64,000 nucleotides of DNA from positions 14,534 through 78,533 of the forward strand of contig JAABRU010000007.1 of assembly GCA_011390755.1 (NCBI GenBank), written 5' to 3'. Made by a program: the position numbers and the translations under genes. Below the pieces are notes generated by a model. The model made no database searches and was not told where the DNA came from. It saw nothing but the letters and a program-made list of their open reading frames with translations. Source of the DNA: Desulfobacteraceae bacterium. Its GTDB lineage: Bacteria > Desulfobacterota > Desulfobacteria > Desulfobacterales > Desulfococcaceae. Of this stretch, positions 1 to 9,107 are shown piece after piece (position 1 is the stretch's first letter; each line of letters starts with the position of its first letter).

Positions 1-190
1 CAAATTCATTTTTATAATTTACAAGTCTGCGACTAATACATTCAGCACAAAGCTTTAAAAGTTCCAAAAGGATACCATAATTTTGATGGTTGAGACATAT
101 TTGATCTCTATTCGAATCTACAAAATTTCTAAGCAGAAGAATACAATCACCCAAAGAGATATCATTACTTTTTACCAAAAAGAATTTAAT

Positions 191-290
191 AGGAGTTATG
201 CAGTTGAGTTTTAACCACTTGAATTTATTATGTGCCTAAAAAATTGACAGTCAATAAAAACAGCCGATTATATTTCAACTGCGTAACTCC
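191..290. repeat. ~100-bp palindromic repeat element, copy A
   Basis: The ends GGAGTTATGCAGTTGA ... TCAACTGCGTAACTCC are self-complementary. The whole element is the reverse complement of 2096-2196, sharing the core ATTGACTGTCAAT / GGCACATAATAAATTCAA. Confidence 0.8.
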
Positions 291-357
291 TATTTAAGAT
301 AGATAGAAATAAATTTTGTGTTGTTTTGCAGATATTTTTTATACTTTCTCAATAATT

Positions 358-1725
358 CCTGATTATACCGGATTTTGGGGAGGGGTGCGGAATCCTCCCA
401 TCGAAGTTGAAACCATAAGATTATGCAACCAACTGTCATGATAACGAAATCGGTTAAGTCTCTCAGCCGGACTCCGAAACCCTTCATACTTTTTTACAGT
501 ATACGGATTGGACGGTGCGAAATTGGTGATAAGTGCCCAACCGCGTATACCGGATTCCGCGGAATTCTCAGAACCGTGAAAGACTGAGTGCTGAAAAGGT
601 GATGATCCATTCTCTGCATCAGCCTGTCCAACATATTGCTGGTTCTGTGGGCTCCCGGAAAATCGTAGGCACACCCGAAAGAACCGGTATTTGTACGCAG
701 TTTTCCGATTTTTTCAGAAATAACAGGGGGAACCGCATGTTTTTCCGTCCATTCGTGAAGTCTTCCCACTCTTTGAACAAAAGATATTTTGCTCTCAGCT
801 TTGCAGCAGTTCCAAAGTCTGTCAGCGACTTCCCGGAAAATATCTCCGAATTTTTTCTTTGCCCGGTTTCGGATACCGATGAAAACATGAAGGAAACAGA
901 GAATGAGAGTGGCAGACGGGAAAAGGTTTTTCAGAGCATTCCGGGTTGCCTGCCAACCGTCCGTAAGAATTGTCTCCGGTTCATAATCCGGGCAGACATT
1001 CCGGGCCTCTTTTCTGAATTTTCCGTAAGATTTTTCCAAAGAATCCTGTCCCGCATCGGCAGCGACGGAAACCCCCAAAATGCATTCGGATGCCACCGTG
1101 GTTGCAACATAAACCTTTTCGCCCTTACGACCGGAATGTTTTTCATCTGCGGAAATATTTTCCGGCATATTTTCAGAATTCCTGACTGTTGTGCCGACTA
1201 TACTGTTTCTTCCGACAGACTGTTCAATTCTCTGCCAATACATCGGATATTTTCCGAAAACATGGCTCAGTGCCCGGAAAGGCGTGCTGAATTTTCGCAG
1301 AAACAGAGCATTTTCCGATTCGTCGGTTTTCCCTGTCATATAAGGCATGACAAAGGAAGGACGGATTGTATAACTGATATCCGATGCCCTGACCCTGATT
1401 CTGCGGACTGTTATTCCGGTTTTTTTGGAATCATACCTGTCTTTCATCTGATATCCTTCTGTAATATCAGACGGAAACAGTTCCGGATAACAGATAATCA
1501 TTTCATCAACGAACAGACGGAACAGAGAAGTATCCCGAACGGTTTCATCATAACTTTCCGGATCAAAAGGAAGGCAGACTGTCCGGTTCTGCCGGGAGAA
1601 TTTATATCGTTTTTATTTCATGTATTACTCCTGATGATATATTTATTGTGTCAGTCAGAAAGTGATAAAATAAACATGAAATTTCAGGAAAAAAACAGTC
1701 CTCCCCAAAATCCGGTATAATCAGG
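358..1725 (-). mobile_element. IS element (1368 bp) with perfect 26-bp terminal inverted repeats, nested in an older transposase remnant
   Basis: CCTGATTATACCGGATTTTGGGGAGG at 358-383 is the exact reverse complement of 1700-1725. The repeats enclose one DDE-transposase frame. Confidence 0.85.
363..1621 (-). pseudogene. DDE transposase of the IS (ISKra4/ISNCY-like, family tentative), disrupted
   Basis: ORF 494-1501 (...TDGWQATRNALKNLFPSATLILCFLHVF...) continues in another frame at 363-~585 (...FHGSENSAESGIRGWALITNFAPSNPYTV...SPAERLN...), implying a 1-nt frameshift near 580. An in-frame upstream ATG at 1621 is followed by TAA at 1613-1615. Confidence 0.7.
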
Positions 1726-2053
1726 TTATTTTATGCTTACATTTTTTAGGATTCCCGGGGTCTTTAATTTTAGAAAGCTGTTTCAATAAAATCGGAAGAT
1801 GTGCTTTCATGATTCTGAACTGCTCAGTGACGGCCTCTTCTCGTTCAGCACGTTCTTCCTCAATTGTTTCATAAGGACATTTGCAGTTAGGAAGAGAAGT
1901 CGGGTGTAGGGCTTCTAATCCTTCAATTTTATTGTTTGTACGCAGTTCTGCCTCAGCCTGCTGCTTTTTAATTTTCTGTGCTGCTATTTCATCTTTGGAA
2001 AGACGGGGGATCATATTTTTTTCCATGAGATTAAGTTTTTTAAAAGTAAGCAA
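1726..2053 (-). pseudogene. N-terminal fragment of an ISAs1-type transposase, cut by the IS at 358-1725
   Basis: The 110-aa ORF ends ...LLKQLSKIKDPGNPKKCKHKI, which looks like the DPR...H motif region preceding the DDE domain of ISAs1-family transposases. The reading frame runs straight into the IS terminal repeat, and no DDE domain follows. Confidence 0.45.
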
Positions 2054-2095
2054 AATTTATGCCTGTTATGTCATAAATATCAATCATTGTCTTTT

Positions 2096-2196
2096 AGGAC
2101 TTACGCAGTTGAAATATAATCTGCTGTTTTTATTGACTGTCAATTTTTAAGGCACATAATAAATTCAAACAGTTAAAATTCAACTGCGTAAGTCCT
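2096..2196. repeat. ~100-bp palindromic repeat element, copy B (inverted relative to 191-290)
   Basis: AGGACTTACGCAGTTGAA (2096-2113) pairs with TTCAACTGCGTAAGTCCT (2179-2196). The interior matches the reverse complement of copy A. Confidence 0.8.
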
Positions 2197-2271
2197 AGTC
2201 TTTATAAAAAAATAGCGCGACAAAAAAACTACCTGCTGCTGTAAAGGCATACTGCTCTATGTATATTTAAG

Positions 2272-3387
2272 TCATGCTTCAGCACTGATATTGCCCGGCC
2301 AGGAATAGGACTGAATTTTTTTCAGCACCTTTGGGGAAAATGCGGAAATATCCTTTTTTAAATTACGGGAAATATTTTTCAGCAGATAGCAGGCCAGGGG
2401 CAGAATACAGACCCTTCTTTCTCTCAGGGAAGGGAGACGGACGGAAAGTATCTGTAAGCGGTAATACAGGTCTTCCCGGAACTTCCCTTCTCTGATGCAC
2501 TGTTCCAGATTCCGGTTGGTGGCAGCGATAAAGCGCACATCCGCATCAATGGTTTCGGAACCGCCCACCCGCTCAAATTTCTTATTATCCAGCACCCGCA
2601 GCAGTTTGGCCTGAAGAGACAGGCTCATCTCCCCGATTTCATCCAAAAAAACCGTACCGCCTTTGGCCTGCTCGAATCTGCCGATGCGCTGCCTGTCCGC
2701 ACCGGTAAAGGCTCCTTTTTCATGACCGAAAAGCTCACTTTCCAGCAGGGTTTCGGAAATATTGGCGCAGTTGATGATGATAAAGGGGCAGTGTCTCCGA
2801 AGACTGTTGAAATGCAGGGTTCCGGCCAGAAAACTCTTGCCGGTTCCGGTTTCCCCGGTCATGAGGATCAGGGACTCGTTCATGGCGAATTTTTCCAGAT
2901 TCCCGATAATCTCTTTCATTACCGGTGTTTCCGCAATGATGTCCTGAAAATTGTAAATCACATCCTGACTCCGGCGCAGGTAATCCCTTTCGTTTTTCAG
3001 GCTGCGGTTTTCTATGGCTTTGCTGACGGCATGGATGATTTTTTCTTTTGCAAAGGGAGCAGGAATAAAATCACAGGCTCCGGCCTGCATAACTTTTACC
3101 GCCAATGCGACATCCGCTGTATCTCCGAAGGCAATGAGGGGAGTGGAGGGGCATCGCTGCCGGATCCACTGCATCAGACGGAAAAGACAGGTTCTGTCCT
3201 TGCCGATTTCCAGTACAATGGCATCATAGCCTCTGGATCTCAGTTCACTGCGCAGTTCTTTTTCATCTGCCGGGTACCGGACAGCATATATCGAAGGGAA
3301 TATATCAGGGGGGGGCAGATTGCCGATTGCCGGGGCAGTCAAACAGCAGAATGTAAAACATAAAAAAATCCTTTTATAATAAAGCAC
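2272..3387 (-). CDS. sigma54-dependent transcriptional activator (NtrC family), C-terminally truncated, degenerate receiver
   Basis: AAA+ sigma54-interaction motifs are present: [16 protein letters not shown] (GAFTGA loop), VFLDEIGE. The ORF stops right after WPGNI, where homologues continue (WPGNVRELEN) into a Fis-type HTH. The receiver-like N-terminus has VLEIG in place of the phospho-Asp. Confidence 0.8.
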   Translation of the reverse strand: MLYYKRIFLCFTFCCLTAPAIGNLPPPDIFPSIYAVRYPADEKELRSELRSRGYDAIVLEIGKDRTCLFRLMQWIRQRCPSTPLIAFGDTADVALAVKVMQAGACDFIPAPFAKEKIIHAVSKAIENRSLKNERDYLRRSQDVIYNFQDIIAETPVMKEIIGNLEKFAMNESLILMTGETGTGKSFLAGTLHFNSLRRHCPFIIINCANISETLLESELFGHEKGAFTGADRQRIGRFEQAKGGTVFLDEIGEMSLSLQAKLLRVLDNKKFERVGGSETIDADVRFIAATNRNLEQCIREGKFREDLYYRLQILSVRLPSLRERRVCILPLACYLLKNISRNLKKDISAFSPKVLKKIQSYSWPGNISAEA

Positions 3388-3499
3388 ATAATAATTGAGA
3401 AGCAGAAAATAAACTGTGCAATTATTTTATATGATATATACCCTGAATAAACCATCAGAATATCGGTTTACGGCAGACTATACTCAATGCCGTTTCCTT

Positions 3500-3690
3500 G
3501 GCAGAAAATCCCCCCCGATGGCAATGCTGCTGCCCTAAGGAATAATTTTTTCCGCAGGGGGCGTATTGCATACACCAGTACCTGTGTGGCGGCCGTATGC
3601 AATACGCCCTTACAGACCACGGTTTTTCTTAAATCAGCAGCATTGGGAGTCAGGGGGGATACGGATTTAAAAAATGGTGTAATCGTCTGA
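3500..3690. repeat. GC-rich composite repeat (GGGCGTATTGCATAC palindrome family)
   Basis: GGGGCGTATTGCATAC (3557-3573) pairs with GTATGCAATACGCCC (3595-3609). The tail GAGTCAGGGGGGATACGGATTTAAAAAATGGTGTA recurs at 8565-8600. A partial copy lies near 48562-48582. Confidence 0.6.
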
Positions 3691-3695
3691 AAGCG

Positions 3696-4511
3696 ATGTT
3701 TGAAACAGGAAGACTGCAAAAGGGGGTGTATGGAATTGAATGGATACGGGTGAGGAATGCTTCTCCCCGTGCCCTGCTTTTTTCTCCGCCCCTGATCGGA
3801 GGAAATTATGCCCAGCAGATCCGCTGGTTCCGGCCTCTGCTGCGCAAAGGATATGATCTGATTTCTTTCAATTTTTCCGGCCACGGACATTCCTCGGGCC
3901 GCTTTTCCCCTGAACAAACCCGGGAAGACACCCTGCGGATGCTGGAAAATGCCCTTGAAATCGCAGCATGGGAAAAACTGCCCCTTTTCGGTCTGGGGAC
4001 CTGTTACGCGGCCATCCCCCTGCTGAAAGCCGCCGCGGAGACGGGGGACCCCTTTCAGAAAACAGTTCTGATCAATGCCATTGTGCATCTGCGCCCCGCG
4101 TCTCTGCTCAGATCCTTTTTCCTTTTTTACCGGAAAATTTACCGGGGAAGCGGCATTATTGACGGGGCAAGGCATTACGGGGAATTCATGTTTCCCGGTG
4201 TGGTCAAAAGCAGACACGCTTTCGGTGTGCTGGAACGCAGGAAAATCCGCATCGGCAAAAGTCTCTGCGATTTTTTTTCCCCGGATCCCCTGGAAAATGT
4301 CTGCCTCCGGAAAACACCGTTTCTTTGTATCTACGGTCTGGATGACAGGGTGCTGCAGATATACGGAAAAGAATTCCGGAAAAATTATGAATCGGCACTG
4401 CGGAAAATCTGTCCCCGGATTTGTTTTCATCCCCTCCCCGGCGATCATTTTCTCTCCCATCCAGCGGGACGGCAAAAGGCACTGGAGGCAGTGCTGAACT
4501 TTTTCCGATGA
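3696..4511 (+). CDS. alpha/beta-fold hydrolase family protein
   Basis: 271-aa ORF with hydrolase-like blocks: LLFSPPLIGG, FNFSGHGHSSG, a nucleophile-elbow-like FGLGTCYAA, and C-terminal LPGDHF. The long antisense ORF 3468-4607 is judged spurious. Confidence 0.65.
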   Translation: MFETGRLQKGVYGIEWIRVRNASPRALLFSPPLIGGNYAQQIRWFRPLLRKGYDLISFNFSGHGHSSGRFSPEQTREDTLRMLENALEIAAWEKLPLFGLGTCYAAIPLLKAAAETGDPFQKTVLINAIVHLRPASLLRSFFLFYRKIYRGSGIIDGARHYGEFMFPGVVKSRHAFGVLERRKIRIGKSLCDFFSPDPLENVCLRKTPFLCIYGLDDRVLQIYGKEFRKNYESALRKICPRICFHPLPGDHFLSHPAGRQKALEAVLNFFR

Positions 4512-4795
4512 AGATGAGGGGCCGGAAGACAGCGCTTTCATTCCGCAGGCCGCCTGCGGCAGATTACAGTTTTTCCGGAACAATAAAAATCCGCTATTTC
4601 TTGACACAGTTATGACAGATGCTGATATTTCTGTCTGTACAGTCTTTCAGTAAGGACTGTTTTGGAAGTTTTATCTGCCGAAAATCCCCCTTTTCCGGCA
4701 GATGCATACGTCACCGGTCTGCGTCTGTATCCTTCGGCGGCGCGGGGACATCCCTGAAGTTTTTTAAGAAATCATAAAGAATACGGAGATTGTAT

Positions 4796-5185
4796 ATGCT
4801 ATTCAAACTTTTCCTGGCTTTTACCCTGATCCCGGCACTGGAGATATTCCTTTTTATCGAAATCGGAAAAAATATCGGAACCCTGAACACCTTTCTGCTG
4901 GTCATTCTCTCGGGTTTTGCCGGTGCATATCTGGCAAAACTGCAGGGACTGCAGACCATGCTCCGGGTACAGAGCAATCTGGAACAGGGGATTGTGCCTG
5001 CAGAAGAAATGCTGGATGCCCTCATTATTTTTGCTGCCGGTATTGTGCTGCTGACCCCCGGTTTTTTTACAGATACCCTGGGACTGCTTTTGCTTTTTCC
5101 CCTCAGCCGTTTTCATTTCAAACGCTTTCTCCGCATAAAATTTGATCAGTGGGTGCAAAACGGCAATATCCGGGTACATTATTGA
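4796..5185 (+). CDS. fxsA: FxsA family membrane protein
   Basis: MLFKLFLAFTLIPALEIFLFIEIG...LLTPGFFTDTLGLLLLFP is the characteristic FxsA signature. ACGGAGA RBS lies 6 nt upstream of the ATG at 4796. Confidence 0.85.
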   Translation: MLFKLFLAFTLIPALEIFLFIEIGKNIGTLNTFLLVILSGFAGAYLAKLQGLQTMLRVQSNLEQGIVPAEEMLDALIIFAAGIVLLTPGFFTDTLGLLLLFPLSRFHFKRFLRIKFDQWVQNGNIRVHY

Positions 5186-5207
5186 AACGAGGGGTCAGGG
5201 GGAAGGT

Positions 5208-6791
5208 TCAGAATCCCACTGCCTGCCCGTCTTTGCGGTGATCCGAGGCCGCGCAGTATCCCCCGGCAAGCCGGTAAATGATTTGCGCACCGCCGTATCC
5301 CCAATAGGGATCAATATCGGATATTTCATGCCCCCGCTTCCGGAGTTCTTCAACGACTTCCGGAGAAATACCTTTTTCCAGGGCCAGTGTTCCGTCTTCA
5401 CAGATATGCCAGCGGGGGGCATCCGAGGCCGACTGGGGATTCTGCCCGCAATCGAATATCCGCACCATCATCTGCACATGGCCCTGGGGCTGCATATGCC
5501 CGCCCATGACCCCGAAACTCATCAGGGCCCCGTCTCCTTTGGTAACAAATCCGGGAATAATGGTATGATAGGGTCGTTTTCTGCCTGCCACACAGTTGGG
5601 ATGCCCTTTTTCCAGACGGAAACCGTATCCCCGGCTCTGCATACTGATGCCCGTGCCCGGAACGACAACACCGGAACCGAAACCTGTAAAATTGGACTGG
5701 ATATAGGAAACCATCATGCCCTTTTCATCCGCGGCCGCCAGATATACGGTTCCCCTGTCCTTCGGCGGCTGCACAGGAACGGCGGCCTTGTCTTTCCGAA
5801 TCTGCCCGGCTTTTTCCGCAAGAAAATCCGCTGTCAGAAAATCATGAAAATCCCTGTCCGTAAATGCCGGATCCGCAGATCGGAAGAGGGCCGCTGCAAA
5901 GGCAATTTTCATGGCTTCCACCTGCAAATGGATGCTGTCCGCAGCATCCGGTGCAAAGTCTTTCATGGGGAAATGCGCAAGAATTCCCAAAGCCATCAGC
6001 GCGGCCAGTCCCTGCCCGTTGGGGGGAATTTCATGCAGACGGACATCCTGGTAGGCCACCGATACGGGTTCCACCCATTCGGAACGGTACGCGGCCAGAT
6101 CCGCCATTGTCATGGCCCCGCCTCCGGCTGCCGAACAGTCCGCAATTTTTTCGGCAAGTCTTCCCCGGTAAAAGGACTCTCCATGGGAATCTGCAATTTT
6201 TTCCAGTGAGTTGGCCATCGGGAGACAGGAAAAAAGCTGTCCGGCACGGGGGGATTTGCCACCGGGAAGAAAGGTACGGGCAAAAGAGGGCATCCGCCCG
6301 TATTTTTCCGGTGCATCGGCCCATGCTTCTGCAATCCGGGGCGAGACCGTGAATCCGTGCCTGGCATAGCCGATGGCCGGTGCGAAAAGTTTGCTGAATC
6401 CCAGTCTGCCGAAACGTTCTGATAAACGGGCCCAGACATCCACGGCTCCCGGCACTGTCACCGCGTCCCAGCCCGTAACCGGCATTTCCGCATATTTGGC
6501 AAAATATTCCCAGCTCCATGCGGCAGGGGAAGGACCGGAACCGTTGATTCCCCACAGTTTTTTTCCATCCCATATCAGGGCAAAGGCATCACTGCCCAGG
6601 CCGTTGCTCACCGGTTCCACAACGGTGAGTGTAATTGCCGCGGCCAGGGCCGCATCCACTGCATTTCCGCCCATGAGCAGCATCCGCAGACCGGCCTGGG
6701 CGGCCAAAGGCTGGGAAGTCGCCACTGCATTTGCGGCAAAAACCGGCATCCGCTGCGAAGAATAGGGAAAATCCCATTGCAAGTCTTTCAT
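5208..6791 (-). CDS. ggt: gamma-glutamyltransferase family protein
   Basis: Motifs: ...ATSQPLAAQAG..., RGTVYLAAADEKGMMVSYIQSNF (autoprocessing Thr region), PYHTIIPGF, GVMGGHMQPQGHVQ. The track ORF extends to 6890, but that extension lies in a MITE, so the start is placed at ATG 6791. Confidence 0.85.
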   Translation of the reverse strand: MKDLQWDFPYSSQRMPVFAANAVATSQPLAAQAGLRMLLMGGNAVDAALAAAITLTVVEPVSNGLGSDAFALIWDGKKLWGINGSGPSPAAWSWEYFAKYAEMPVTGWDAVTVPGAVDVWARLSERFGRLGFSKLFAPAIGYARHGFTVSPRIAEAWADAPEKYGRMPSFARTFLPGGKSPRAGQLFSCLPMANSLEKIADSHGESFYRGRLAEKIADCSAAGGGAMTMADLAAYRSEWVEPVSVAYQDVRLHEIPPNGQGLAALMALGILAHFPMKDFAPDAADSIHLQVEAMKIAFAAALFRSADPAFTDRDFHDFLTADFLAEKAGQIRKDKAAVPVQPPKDRGTVYLAAADEKGMMVSYIQSNFTGFGSGVVVPGTGISMQSRGYGFRLEKGHPNCVAGRKRPYHTIIPGFVTKGDGALMSFGVMGGHMQPQGHVQMMVRIFDCGQNPQSASDAPRWHICEDGTLALEKGISPEVVEELRKRGHEISDIDPYWGYGGAQIIYRLAGGYCAASDHRKDGQAVGF

Positions 6792-6810
6792 TTTTATTCC
6801 TGCTGATAAA

Positions 6811-7027
6811 TCAATGTCATTGACGTAAGAAAATACCGGAGTGCCAAACTGAAAGTTTGGCAGAATAATCTGTAATAATTTCAGTCTCAAACTTTCAGAT
6901 TGGGACTCCCGGCACCCACAAGAGCCTATCCGAAAACCTCCGAAACCGATTTTTTAACCCGGTAAAAGCAGGGGGGCCGAACATCGGGAAACAGGTTTTC
7001 GGATAGGTTCTAAGTCAGTGACACTGA
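6811..7027. mobile_element. MITE, TIR TCAATGTCAYTGACKTAAG family, carrying nested repeats
   Basis: TCAATGTCATTGACGTAAG (6811-6829) is inverted relative to CTAAGTCAGTGACACTGA (7010-7027). A minimal 71-bp copy is at 47509-47579 and a solo end at 13538-13556. Confidence 0.65.
6922..7010. repeat. ~88-bp palindromic element (CTATCCGAAAACC...GGTTTTCGGATAG)
   Basis: The ends are self-complementary. A reverse-complement copy lies at 19173-19262. Confidence 0.8.
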
Positions 7028-7130
7028 CTGGTAAATGGTAAATAACCGGCAGGCACGCAGTTCTGTGCGTTTCTGCAGTGTTCCCGGAAATGCTGTTCAA
7101 TGTGCTTCCGGGGCGCACCGCCGTGCGTCC

Positions 7131-7754
7131 CTACTCTGTTTTTTTCTCTGCCCCCTGGGATATGATGAGTTTTTCCAGCACAGAATAAGGCTGCGCGCCC
7201 GAAAGGATGCGGTCTCCGGCCACAAATGCAGGCACAGCCCTGATGTCTGTCTGCCGGGAAAGCAGCCAGTCCGCATCCACAACTTCTTTATATGTTCTTT
7301 TTTCCAGAACACTCCATGCCTCCTCCTGATCCAGCCCGGCATTTCCGGCCATTTCCAGTAAAACGGGAATCCGGGCGATATTTTTTCCTTCTGCAAAATA
7401 GGCCCGGAAAACCGCAAGATGAAAGACATCTCCCTTTCCCCTGATTTCTGCCCATTTTCCCAGTTCCTGGGCTTTGCGGCTGTTAAAGGTATATTTCCGA
7501 TCTCCGAAGGGAAGTCCCTGGTCCGCGGCTGCCTGTTTCAGGCGGGCCAGCATCCGGGGGATGTCCACCAGGCGACCGGCAAAAAGTTCTTCCAGTGACA
7601 TTCCCTCCTCCGGTATCTCCGGGTGAAGGGGAAAGGCCCGCCATTGAATTTCAACATGATATTCCTGCTGCAATTTTTCACAACGCCCGGTTATGAAATA
7701 ACACCAGGGTCAGATATAATCGGAAAATATCTGAAGTTTTACACTTTCGTTCAT
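7131..7754 (-). CDS. DsbA/FrnE-like thiol:disulfide oxidoreductase with in-frame UGA (putative selenocysteine) in the redox motif
   Basis: The track ORF (7131-7673) starts at an internal TTG. Reading upstream in the same frame from ATG 7754 gives MNESVKLQIFSDYI-[TGA 7710-7712]-PWCYFITGRCEKLQQEY... This is the FSDxxCPWCY motif with the first Cys codon replaced by TGA. Confidence 0.7.
7686..7709 (-). promoter_or_regulatory. candidate SECIS-like hairpin immediately 3' of the UGA
   Basis: Minus-sense sequence is CCCUGGUGUUAUUUCAUAACCGGG. GUUAU/AUAAC and CCC/GGG can pair, but the apical loop is only about +14 from the UGA, closer than in the E. coli fdhF SECIS. Confidence 0.3.
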
Positions 7755-8335
7755 TTTACTGTCTCCCTCTCCGGATTTTTTTATTGTCTTTAAAGAAAAT
7801 AATGCCGGGGTTTCGCGCAGTCGGGTTGGATAACAAAATCCGGAAAATTCAGAATTCTGGTGTCCGCGACCTTCCCCCCTTCTGCTACAAAACTGCTATA
7901 CCGATACTTAAAACATTTCGGGGTATCCGGCAGAGAAAAAATTCATGTACGCAGTACTTTCGGGAAATGCGGTAACCGGAAATTTTTTAAGTAATGGTAT
8001 ATCTTACATATCGGTACTGCAGAAAATTCACCATTGTGTCTTATGTGAGCAATTCAGTTTTTAGATAATTCCCTTAAAGCGACTGTGCATCCCGTCACTG
8101 TCAGCGGAGCGGATTATCAAAAAAATAAACCTGCCCGTGCAGCAGTGGAAAAGAAAATTGACAAAACAGTCACTTTTACAATAATAACAGCAGTCATTTT
8201 TATCATCATTTATATATTGAATCAAAAGTTTTTTCAGATAATCTGCTGAAAAAAATCTGCCGGATCAATGTGCAAAGTGAAGATTTGCAGATTTGTATAA
8301 GAAGTGCTATACTCAGCAGAACCAAAGTTTATGAA

Positions 8336-8385
8336 GGAGTGCAAAAATACAATTTTTGCACTCCTTCGGAAACTTTTTGAACCGC
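8336..8385. repeat. half copy of the GGAGTGCAAAAAT...TTTTTGCACTCC palindromic element
   Basis: GGAGTGCAAAAATACAATTTTTGCACTCCTTCGGAAACTTTTTGAACC matches the right half of the elements at 16868-17059 and 21220-21364. Confidence 0.6.
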
Positions 8386-8439
8386 ATGCACAATATTATG
8401 CAGAATAATGAATATGTTACACCGCTTTGAAAGTTCGTC

Positions 8440-8596
8440 CCCCTCTGCAGGGGCCAATACGCCTGACTTAAGGTGCCGGGGCGTATGCAATACACTCCTG
8501 CTGCCCCCGGTTTTTCTAACAGCATTTTGCCCCTGCCGGGGCGGTATTGCAATATACCCGGTAAGGAGTCAGGGGGTACGGATTTAAAAATTGGTG
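8440..8596. repeat. GC-rich composite repeat (GCGTATGCAATAC family)
   Basis: Contains GGGGCGTATGCAATACAC and GGGGCGGTATTGCAATATACCC plus the tail GGAGTCAGGGGGTACGGATTTAAAAATTGGTGTA. Related to 3500-3690. Confidence 0.6.
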
Positions 8597-8978
8597 TATA
8601 CTGATCCAATTTTGGTTTTTCCGGGCACAAAAATTGCTAAACCCAAAAACATACCTTCTTTGACCTGTTTTCACATTTTCGGAGTCAGAAACAGCCGTTT
8701 TTCAGCAATCTGATTCAAGGGCAAAAACTGTGCCCGGGAAAACCAAACTGAACTTGCGCAGCTATTTTGCGGTTTGATCATTTTAACTACCTGAAACAAT
8801 AATATATTATGTCTATATTTATCCAAATAGTTATTTTTGGATATGTTGTAATTTCAATATGTTAAAGATTTGTAAATTTGGAAACTTTTAAAGATTCAAC
8901 AGCATGATAATATTGTATTTTTTGTTCAATCATAAGATTTTGCCTGCACAAGTTCAGAACCAAAATTGGAGTACTATA
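8597..8978. mobile_element. MITE-X (TIR TAYTGATCCAATTTTGGTTTTTCC), copy 1, interrupted by MITE-Y
   Basis: Left end is TATACTGATCCAATTTTGGTTTTTCCGGG. The right end GGGAAAACCAAA|..|AACCAAAATTGGAGTACTATA is split by the 210-bp insertion at 8748-8957. Intact copies are at 18217-18381 and 45578-45702. Confidence 0.8.
8748..8957. mobile_element. MITE-Y (TIR CTGAACTTGYGCAG), copy 1, nested in MITE-X
   Basis: Flanked by a perfect 7-bp duplication AACCAAA (8741-8747 and 8958-8964). The same element, in opposite orientation, is at 34328-34521 and 35654-35863. Confidence 0.9.
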
Positions 8979-8983
8979 CTACT

Positions 8984-9092
8984 ATTGATGAATATGTAAA
9001 AAGTCCGAAATCCGGGTATTTTATCAGCTTAACATGCTGATTTTACTAAGGTTGAATTTTGGAAAAATGACTTTTTACCGGTTCATCACTAT
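8984..9092. mobile_element. MITE-Z (TIR ATTGATGAAYCNGTAAAAAGTC), copy 1
   Basis: ATTGATGAATATGTAAAAAGTCC ... GACTTTTTACCGGTTCATCAC. Other copies are at 24338-24445, 37232-37365, 46271-46384 and 57681-57793. Confidence 0.7.
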
Positions 9093-9107
9093 TATTTCCG
9101 GGGCCAT

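Noticed and set aside
1-190. Open minus-strand frame running off the 5' edge (...KFFLVKSNDISLGDCILLLRNFVDSNRDQICLNHQNYGILLELLKLCAEC...).
   Set aside because: No ATG/GTG start with an RBS is visible, I recognise no family, and the frame is truncated by the window edge.
533-1720. 395-aa plus-strand ORF.
   Set aside because: It is antisense to a recognisable transposase frame, has low-complexity composition, and has no motifs.
3468-4607. 379-aa minus-strand ORF.
   Set aside because: It is antisense to the alpha/beta-hydrolase gene. Its N-terminal part lies in repeat DNA, and it has no recognisable motifs.
5142-6209. 355-aa plus-strand ORF overlapping ggt.
   Set aside because: It is antisense to a strongly motif-supported ggt frame.
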